A DNA stretch of 63,116 nucleotides, the filler included, from Bipalium vagum (taxonomy: Eukaryota): assembly GCA_037834085.1 (NCBI GenBank). It is 3 parts of 3 records of this genome, joined end to end, with 100 filler letters (N's around TTAATTAATTAA, not from the genome) between each part and the next. Parts side by side here need not be neighbours in the genome. Positions count along the whole stretch, not along the records: positions 44,201 to 63,116 come from JBBMKC010015512.1; 2 more parts are not named here. One strand, written 5' to 3'. The notes beneath the pieces are model-generated. The model saw only the letters and a program-made list of their open reading frames with translations. It was not told the origin of the DNA and made no database searches. The position numbers were made by a program, and so were the translations under genes. Shown here piece after piece: positions 52,926 to 63,116 of this stretch; positions within the stretch are counted from its first letter, which is position 1, and every line of letters starts with the position of its first letter.

Positions 52926-55900
52926 CTATGAAATAAAAATTTGATAATTACAAAAAAATTCAATTTTAAAATAACAAATTTATTTAATATTTTAATTAAG
53001 TAAATGAATTTAAATTTAGATATTTTTTATTTATTTAAATAATTGTTTTTTAAACTGTATTATTTGTTTATATTAACATATCAATTATTGCCTTGACTAT
53101 AATAATTGAAAACAAATAAGCTTTAATTGATATTTTAAGAATTAAGTATTAATTGTTTTCATAAGTTTTATTTTTTCATCCCAGTTGAAGGTAAAAATGT
53201 TAATTTATTTTTATATATTACACGTAAAAAATTATATTGAAATAAATACAAGAAAGATTAAAAATCTTTTTTGAACTTATTTTAAAATAAACCATTTTTA
53301 CTAATCTTCATTGTTATTAAAATAATTTTATTTTAGAAAATACAAGGTTCGGTCAATAAGTAACACAATATTTAATAAAACTTTTTATTAACAACATACA
53401 AAAATTAAACTTGGTACATATAAACTCCACATATATGTCTATTTTTTAGGATCATTCGATATATACACCTTTATCTTAGGATCTTTATTGCCGACCTTTT
53501 CCCTATCAAATGACGCAGCGTAAGGTTTTATTTATTTATATTTAGTATTTTAATTATAAATTTAATAATCAAATAAAAGAAAATCATTTTTTTACTTTTT
53601 AGAACAAATCTGTTTTAAAGTAATTAATAAAGTTTTATCGTGATTGTTTTGATTTAATTTTGGGTGAGGATAATGTTTTATTGTGGGGTTTTGATTCAAT
53701 TGAGTTTAATTTGCGAAAATAACATTAAAAAGTTGGGGGTTATCGATTATTTCGAATGTAATTTACTAGTTGAGGTATAATAGTAACAATATTATGAATC
53801 AATATTTATATTTAATCGAGATCAAGAATTAGAAAGTTCGAACAAAATATCTTAGGACAAGACAAAAATAACACCTAAGAATTTCAAGCCGTCTCTAAGA
53901 GTAGGGATTGGTGATCGTAGACCAATCTCTACGACTATAAAAGGAAACGGTTATTCCGTTAATGGCCAAAAAACAAGAAAACGAGAGAAAACCCAGGACG
54001 AACTAGACTGAAGACGATTCACAGAGGTTTTTGACCAAAAACTTCTGTACAAGATAATATTTTATTTTTCCCCAATTATGCAGCCGGATTTTTACAAGGG
54101 GACCCAGCGAGCTTGGGAACCCCTAGGCGACCTGAGAATGACCTAGAGGGTGACCCGGAGACCCCTTGTCGCCCTTGGTGAGATCGATGCTTTTATTTAT
54201 TTTATTTTCCTTTATATTATTATTATTAATTATTGCTTTGATTTTTTTTCAGTATTAACATTAAAGTTGATTTTACTTTATTCGTTAATAACGTTTTGGT
54301 TTTGATTTACAAGTTGTAATTGTTGCGAATAAAGTTCTATTTTAAGTACTTTGAATTAGTTCCTAAGGGTGTAGATACAGTATTATGGAGGGTGCTTTAA
54401 ATTCGAAAAGGTTGAGAGGAATTACGAACACGAGTTATAAAAAGACGAGCATACGTTGCTAAATCTAACGATAATAGTAACATAAGTAAAGAATGATTTT
54501 ATTATATATTATGATTTAAAAAATAATTAAAAAAACAAATTATTTTAAAGTGTGATTTTAGAATTATATTGTGATATTAAAATTTAGTTATTGTGCTATC
54601 CATAAACCTTTTTATTTTGTTCAGTTATCAAAGTCCATTCAATTTTCTTAACCCTATTAAATTCATGTCTTTTTACCCTTCTAACATTTCTAAATGATTT
54701 CTTCAAAGCTACCCCGATATTTTGCTAATAGTATTGAAATATTAAATCAATGTTGACTCTAATTTTGTGAGATTAATGTCGTGTAGCTCCTCTTCAGAAT
54801 CGATGTTCGTCCTGCTAATGGTAGACATAAACACTCTTGAACAAGCACTCGGTTGGTTCAGAGTGCGATTGCATTGTAGGGTTCAAAGTATCAGGCTATT
54901 TTGTTAATGTTTAGTAAATCTATCACTTAAAATTGATCAGTTAGAAAGTACTTTTAATTGTTAGTATTATTTTTTGCAGGCCACAGCTACTTAATAATGA
55001 TTACTTAGAAATTCTTTACTAGAATTCAAACAACAAACTACCTTTCTTTTTTCTTGATATGCATGAGCTTGAGACCTTGAAAGCAGGCTTGGAGTGTCAA
55101 CAATAAATATGATTTTAATAAGTTAATTATAATAATAATATAACGAGTAAGTGACCGGATTGGTAGGATTACTAAAAAATTAAGTATAAAAGAAACCCTT
55201 ATTTTTAACCGATTTTTTCTATGATCATTCTCGGGTCCCGAGCGAGATTGATTTCTAACGAGAAGCCAGTAGTATCATGATTTAAAAACTTCAGATACTT
55301 GACACCAATTAAATGATATCTTTATTGTTTTTATGTTCATTATTTATAAATTTATTATTGAATTTTAATTTATTGAAATCCATAAATTCTATCAATTAAA
55401 TCAATATTTTACATAAATATTGAAGATTGTTTATTTAGTTTGATGTTTGTCATTCATCAGGTGTGACCAATAAACGTTATTGTCTTGCATGTGTTTAACT
55501 TAAAGAGTTGTTGGGATAAGAACACAACCTGTTAATAAAGAAGTCAGATTTTTGTAGAATCGAGTAATATAAATAATATTGATAAGTTTAAAGAACATAT
55601 TCTCCACACAATTTGACTGTTAAGTATTTTCCCATAAAACTGTACTAATCCAAAATTATTTTTTCCGAATATACGTTATTCAAAAAATTTCGATTTACAT
55701 AAATTAACTTATTTTCAATAAATTCTCAATTATCATTAAACCAATATTTCTTGAGATTACGGAAATTTAAAGTTTTAATTCATAATTTAAATACTTTCTA
55801 TATTAAATAACCCACCCTAGTTCCTTTGCTGTTTAATATTGGTTCCTGATTCCCCCAAACCTGAATCTCCTTCAACATAGAAGAGCTTTTGAAAATATAA

Positions 55901-57504
55901 TCTCTTCCAAAAAACAAATTGAAAACCATTATCGAGGAAATCAATTAAAGTTAATTTTTAAAATAGTGACCGTGAAATTTCATTGAATGTGATTGACATT
56001 GATTTATTATTGATTGATATACATATAAAATAATTACTGAATTAGAGCTAAAATTCATAATTATTTATGTTGATTTTTACAATCAATCATCCTCAACATT
56101 GATTATAATTAAAATTCTGATTATTGATTTATTCACTAACCACAATCTTTATTTTATTAATTATTATCATGTAATATAAAGATTGATTGTTAATTATTAA
56201 ATGTTATAAATTTAATTATTTAATATTTATTCATTATAATTATAAATTGATTTAATAATTATGGAAATTTATAATCAATAAATAATTCATTATTTAACGA
56301 AATGTAGTTTAATATAATTAGAAAATAACGTAAAAAAATCAATCCTTTCAAATTGATAATGAAATAGTATTGAGATACATTCTAAAAAAGATATGAATAA
56401 ATATTGCTTTTTATCTAGTTAATTTAGCTAAAAATTAAGGTGTATAATAAAATTCAAAAAATTACATCACAAAAAATAATACTTGTTGATTTAATGTACA
56501 GTTCCCATAGTATCCGAAATATTTAGATTCATAAACAAAAAGCATATTGTGATAATATTTGAATTTGAAACGCTTTTGGATAACTTAAAGATGATTTTGG
56601 CTTTATTTATCAATGAACTGAACTCTCTTGATTAATTTATCAAAAAATGGTAATTTCTTGTGTAACATCACATCAGAATATTTTTGAAAAACTATAAATA
56701 TTTCCATTAATCAGAGATTAATCAAATTAATCAAATTGAACCAAATGGAAAGATCCAGAGACGTATTGTATTTATCGGCCATTTAAAAATGAAATATTAA
56801 AACAAATGAGAATTTCTTAACTTTTTTGATTAAAAAAGAATTAAAAATATAAAATGTTTAATCATCCATTAATATTTTGTATTATATATGGTTTATGATA
56901 TTATTTTTTTATTTATAGTCCGCTTAATATTTATTATTAAAATATAATTATCATAAATAAATTTGAAAATTAAACTACTTAATAAAAGACAATTTTAATA
57001 GAAGATTACAGATTAAAAATAAATCTCATTTGAAAGAATTTATAATTTCTAAATTGCTTATTAATATTAAAAGTTTTGATCGTTAAGTACACTTATAAAT
57101 TTTGTCAATGAATCTAACAGTGAGGAAAAGAATACACATATTTTTAAGAATACCATTTACTGACGGATTTTAAAATGAAATATAAATATATATTAATTTT
57201 AACATTTACTAAGTTTTAAAATTATTCGGATATTCTTACATATTTAATACAGGTTAATTATTTCAAGATTAATTGACCAAAATTTGTTTTTAAAATTTGT
57301 TTGATTTATCCGAAGAATTTGAGTATGAAAACTCTTCTCGTTATGTTTCACAGGTAGAGTTAATTTGTATTGATTTAAAGAATTGGTAAATCGTCAACAA
57401 ATCACTCTTCCATTATTTAGTAGTAAATGAAGTGATTCATTTTTGGTGATCGACAATAAACAGATCCTTTAAAGTCCAGTGTGAGATAAATTGAAAGTTA
57501 GTCG

Positions 57505-57576
57505 GGGGATGTAGCTCAGCGGTCAGAGCAGTGCATGCGCATGTGAAGGTCCCGGGTTCGAATCCCGGTATCTCCG
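57505..57576 (+). tRNA. tRNA-Ala-like (probable anticodon CGC); anticodon arm degenerate, so possibly a pseudogene or SINE head
   Basis: GGGGATG TAGCTCAG..GAGC ... AGGTC CCGGG TTCGAAT CCCGG TATCTCC. A and B boxes, the G3:U70 Ala determinant, and D and T arms are present, but the anticodon stem pairs poorly. Confidence 0.75.
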
Positions 57577-57859
57577 ATTAATTTTCACTAACATCCAGTA
57601 AGTGAAAAACAGTTTAGGGAAATCCAAAAACTTATCAATCATTCTTGATGTGAAATTTTTTTTACTCTGCACAACAAAATATCCGATGAAATAGCATTAA
57701 TTATTCAAGGGGCTTATCTGCAACTCCTCTTTTTTTCAAATGAAGTCTTGTTGTAAAATATGAATCAAAACTGCTAGTTCGTGTGTGTTTATAAGATAAT
57801 GGTTCTTTTAAACAGTGGTTAGAGTGGTCTTGCAGATATTCAGAAGATTATTTAAATCA

Positions 57860-58130
57860 GTTCATCAGGAAGAAAATCACTCCTTTAATTACAGAATAAC
57901 ATTATGATGACCACTTTCTCTTTGATTAGATTCCGCAAGCGCACATTCGGAGAAATCGGTTATTTCCGTTTTGAGAGAAACAACATTAATTTTACAGAGA
58001 AGCAGTGTAACCCTCAAAACTACCTCAAATATCGTCTGATTGAAGATTTTTGGAGTGTTTTTAAAAGACTGATATACAATAATAATTGGAAAGTCATCAA
58101 TGTTAAATCATTTAAATTCAAACAATGACA
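57860..58130 (+). mobile_element. IS630-Tc1-mariner superfamily transposase remnant (NPPN..RPIEDFW type)
   Basis: DSASAH...NNINFTEKQCNPQN..RLIEDFWSVFKRLIY. Confidence 0.65.
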
Positions 58131-60299
58131 CAACACGCAAGACCTAATATCACAAGTACAAAATAATTTAAAATAGCAAACGACTGTATGTCATATTGTT
58201 ATAATTGACTGATCGTCGAGTAGTTAAGGCAACACGCAGTAGCTAGACGCAACTCAATACCACAGCAGACGTTTTCCAGAAGGAAACAGGAATTGGTAAA
58301 ATAAAAATAATAAAACAAAAGAAAAAAATATAATTGTAATAGTATTAAATAATAAAAAAAAATAATAATAATCATCATCATCTTCTTGAAAATTGTTAAG
58401 AAGCAACGAGGATAATTTTCATGGAAGTAAAGTGAAGTAAAAAATTCCGAGTTATATTTATTTCCCGTAACACAATATGTTAATCTTAATGTAATCTAGA
58501 ATTTATAAGTATAAATATTAAATTATAAATGTTATATTAACCTTATGTCTTCTCCAAATTCATGGCATTGACTGCATAGCAATTCACCATGGGTATGAAA
58601 GAATGATGATCAATTCTGGAAGAAGATTGGCAATTAATATGACTAGTATGACGGTTGAGAAATTTAAAAAAATCGGATAAAGTGGTCCTGAAAAGAATCG
58701 AATAATAACAGAAAAGTACTCAATCCAAGTATGAGGCTTGACCATCTCACTTCAAGAAATGATATGTGATGCATCCGCATTGATGTCTTTCCTTTTTTGA
58801 CAGTGGATGATATCGGATTTACATTGTCTATATGAAATAAAAAACTTAAAAGTTTTGACTTATTGAAGGTTAGCTAAATTATATTAGGATATTAAAACAA
58901 ACATCAAGGTTGATTAATTTTTATTGATGTACATTTGCAAAAATAAATATAAATATTTAAAGGATATTTTTTAGAAAACATGTAGAATTTTCTTATCTCA
59001 ATAAAATTAAAATTTTAATTTTAATCAATGTTTAAAAATTAAATGAGAATAGATTATTCTATAAAAAATTATAATGATTCGAATAATGGACAACTTACCG
59101 TTGTCTGCAGACAATCAAAGGAGAGTAGTACCAGGTGGAAAGGAAAAGGCTGTTATTAACATGGCCAAATGATATAGACATACAGATGTGTCTTTACACT
59201 CATTATACAATAAAAAGTGAACCTTATGATCAATAACTTGATTTCGTAATTACCCGAGACACTCAGGCTCAAAGTGAGTGTACTCAGAAGATGGTTCTGT
59301 TCCAAAGATGACAGCAGCCAGATTTTGAGTTATTGGTTCTACAGGCATCATGTATTAATGAGAACTCGGCGTCAAGCTTTATACGTATAAAATATAAATA
59401 TATTATTTAAATTTAAATTGATATACGTGTATGATTCCCATTTTTTGATTAATCAGACAATCAGTTGGAATAATCGGATTTTTATGTTATAAGTAAGTTA
59501 TAAATTATTAATTATAAAGTTTATCGTTATGAACTATAAATCGACATTTGTTAATAATTAAAATAATAACAATTATTATTATTATTATTTATTTGTTTTT
59601 CTTTTTATTCAATTTATTTAATTTTCTTTAAATAGTTTACTTTATGTTTTTTTAAAAAATCAAATTTTTCACTTTTATAGCACGATTAATGATAGCAGGA
59701 ATAATAATGTTAAAACCGACAAATGCCTCTCACTTCCCTGTGAGGAGGCCTTCAGATAATAGATTAACTGTAATAGTTAATTTGGAAGAACAACAAAAAC
59801 AAAATTAAACCTCAAAAAGCAAACGATAAGAAGTAAAATTAATAACTTGAATAATATTATCTCTTATTCATCCGTTACAATTTTTTCATATAAAACCACC
59901 ATTTTTACCGAAATTCAGCTTTAATTTTAAATACACCCTTCCGATTTATATTAATAATTTGGATCACCTTTGTCTTTTAATTCAATCAAGTGCGGATTAG
60001 TTTGTAATTCAAAATGAAAGTCCTTTAAAATGGTCGCCTTTTTGATGATTTATAATTTATATTAGAATAATTTACTGAGCTCGATTATTTTACTAAATTA
60101 TGATATTTGATATTTAATGTCATTTATTAGGTTACGTTTTTGACAAAATATACGAACTAGAAAGCTGTTAGTTTAATCACCTAGCAGACAAAACACGCGG
60201 AACCCCATGAGCCGATGGAGACCAGTATACAGTCCTCATAACTTAAGATTTACTGATCAACAGTCATGGACAATTAAAAAATGACTAACTAGGAAGAAG

Positions 60300-60900
60300 A
60301 TCTGTAGTCCTAAATATGTGAAAGATCAGAAAGAACGTGCAAAATAATCACTTAGAAGACTTTACAATGTCGCAGTTCAATTTTGATGGCAGGAAATTCT
60401 TTATAATTAATGATGAGACTTAGTGTCCGGTTGATTCAAGTCAAATATCAGGTAATATGCATTTTATTACTGTTGACGGTAACGTGATTAATATTGATGA
60501 TAAAAAAAAACGAAAATTAAAGTTTCATTATAACTATTTGATATGGCAAACGATTTTGCAAGATTCCCAAGTATCTGAATCTTATGAAAGTATGAATCGT
60601 ATCTAAGGGTACTATGAACACTGTAATTTATCTTGAAGAATACATTAAAAAGCGTCTGGAACCTTTTATTATCATACTGAAATAATACCATGATATTTTT
60701 TTCTGGTCTAATAGTGTGACTTCACATTATTCAAAAATTGTTTGAGATTGCCTTGATCAATAAAAATTCGATTATGTTAAAAGGAATAAAAATACATCTT
60801 CTGTACCTAATAAACGACCTATTTAAAGATTCTGAGCTTTATGCAAGAAAGATTACTAGCAATTAAACATTGTCTGTGATACTATTTGTGAAATTTAAGA
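60300..60900 (+). mobile_element. Related IS630-Tc1-mariner transposase remnant
   Basis: IINDET*CP, DIFFWSNSVTSHYSK, DYVKRNKNTSSVPNKRPI*RF*ALCKK. Confidence 0.55.
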
Positions 60901-61449
60901 ATGTTTGATTGGAAATTTCAAGAGAAGAGGAGATAATTAAAATCGTTGGTAGGTTATTCACAAACTTAAAACGTATTGTATTATGATGATTATAAAGTTT
61001 TGCAGATTTCTGTTTTCTTTTTAATAAACTTTATTCTTGTTCTCGAAAATGCAATAATTTTTCTTTAATAATCTTCTATAGTTTCTTCAGTAGATCTATT
61101 TAAAAAATGCGACATTAAGCCCTGTACAACTTTTAATATTATTATTATATAATATATTATTTATATTTATTAATAATAATAAAAGGAAGATAATGGAGAA
61201 ATGTAAAGAAAATGTGACGATATTGAGTTAAGATAAAACCGAAACAAATTGGCTATAACACTTAAATCCACTGTGGTGAAGGTAAGTGAACTCTTTCCTC
61301 CTCACCTACGGGGATATCATTATAGGAAGTGGAAAACAATAGAACAAGTGACTGATACATCAGATGGACGAGGAAAACTTTTAATTATATAATCGAAAGT
61401 AATGGTTCCACTTAAACAGGGATTCAAGATTACTAACAAAGAAGCGAAA

Positions 61450-62090
61450 ATATAAGAATCTTTTGATGGTTCTTTACAGAGTCAAAAGTTTGTAATGCGT
61501 AGAAGAGGCTTTTTCTGTCAATGTTATTGCTTAAATATTTAATGAGTCAATGAATATAATATGAAGATTCAATACTTGCTTCTTATGCGCTGGAGACCCT
61601 TGATAGTGTAGTAAAATATTAAGAAATGAATGTTTTATTATAAAAATTAGACCTAATATCACTAATGAAGTTCAGATTACTTTTATAACAAGAGATAAAA
61701 TGAATTGGGATATTTTCATGCATTTCGCAAGTCCCATTCATAAAAGTTTTTTGGACATTCTTGAAGTTTGCGACATTTACTTATATTTTCCAGCGTCGTA
61801 GTAGCTTAATTTAATACGTATATCAGTTTGTTAACTTAGAAATGCACCTTTTTAAGATCTATTTTTCAAAATCTATTTATTTTGAAAATAGAATGTAAAT
61901 GATTTGCTAAGACCAAGTGGCTGCATTTGAACGCCTCATCAAGTTTTCCACTAGTGCGTTGAGAATCTGTTTTCATGAGTTCTATTAAATCATCATCATT
62001 ACCGTGTGAAGACACTGTCAATACTGGTCATCTCTCAGATCTACATTTCGATGTTTAAATCGTTGAAACCATTACCTGCGTTGCCTGTTA
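61450..62090 (-). mobile_element. Mariner remnant
   Basis: WFQRFKHRNVDLRDD...DDDLIELMKTDSQRTSGKL...ANHLHS. Confidence 0.6.
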
Positions 62091-63021
62091 CTAATAACTT
62101 ATTAGTCAAAGAAATGGTTTTTTGGGTTAGCATAAATTTTTAGGTCGGAATAATCAAAAATAATTAAAGAATTTGTAAGTTAATAAAAACAGTAACCCAA
62201 AACCAAATTACTAAATTAATAATAATTTTAAAGAAATAACTTACCTAAATAGAAAGCTTACTAAATTTTGTGACGTTTGTAATGTCCTTCTATATTTAGT
62301 AAGTATTACAAACTTTTCGAAAATCGATTTAAATTTAGTAAGAATGGTTTTAAAATAAATCAACTTTTTTAACCAATTAAACAGCTCAAATCGTAAAATT
62401 TGGTTGTATAAAAATCCATGGAAATTATAAAGTCATAATATCTATATAATAAAGACTTTAAGATCCGATAAAATCCAAGGTAAGTAATAGTAGTATTCAA
62501 AAAACCATTCAACCTATTTTCTAGAGTCGTTAGTCATCGATTAATTAAATGATTTATTGGTGATAGAAGAAAGTACTCCTCATCAATATTTTTTTAATAT
62601 TTTCTTTTTCTCTTTTATTGTTTTCTTAGTAATCTTAATATGCGTCACTTTACACAATAGAGTAAGTAGTGTTAACATCAGGACTTCTTCGGTTATCATG
62701 GAACCAAAAGACAATTTTAGTTAAATAATGACATCAGATTTAGTTGTACAAAGAATGAGAATTTTAAATCTGTGATATACAAATATATATTTTTAGAATA
62801 TCAATGTTGCGTTCGTTATTCTTCTAATATTTACACTTCCAGCAGAGTGGTTGGTATAATTTAAAAGCAACTACGTAAGTATGTTTACTAAAACGATCAA
62901 ACCTTACATAATGAATTAATAATGTAGGACTAACTTCATTAATTTAAATTAAGTCTGTTATATTACCATGAGAAAAAATGAAGTAACTTTCTTAAAAAAC
63001 TAATGTTTTTTGAGAAAAGAG

Positions 63022-63055
<34 letters not shown>

Positions 63056-63116
63056 TATTATTATTATTATTATTATTATTTATAATAATAATTATTATTA
63101 TTATTGCACATTATTA

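Noticed and set aside
58540-59380. GC-richer exon-like blocks on the minus strand
   Set aside because: In-frame stops and no identifiable product.

Overview
A very AT-rich animal genomic window. Short GT-AG introns, (ATT)n microsatellites and abundant mariners fit a planarian-type flatworm, but that assignment is inference. Two 100-nt N spacers (22810-22909, 44101-44200) split it into three segments. Host genes are a multi-exon kinesin-1 heavy chain (minus, 2811-11213) and a multi-exon eIF4E-transporter 4E-T/Cup-like gene (minus, about 24100-25437), plus one tRNA-Ala-like gene or pseudogene. The stand-out feature is a decayed ~8.7 kb polyprotein of a Ty3/gypsy-type retroelement (12557-21235, +). 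Its domain order is: unknown acidic region, Bcl-2-like domain, internal signal/anchor, chuvirus-like envelope glycoprotein, TM, aspartic protease 1, ankyrin array 1, protease 2, ankyrin array 2, protease 3, RT, RNase H, truncated integrase. The rest is a transposon graveyard: Polinton/adintovirus-like fragments (pPolB, packaging ATPase, penton x3, major capsid, integrase), a CCHC gag remnant, many Tc1/mariner remnants, a Merlin and a probable piggyBac derivative. All family calls come from motif recognition by eye; no database search was run.
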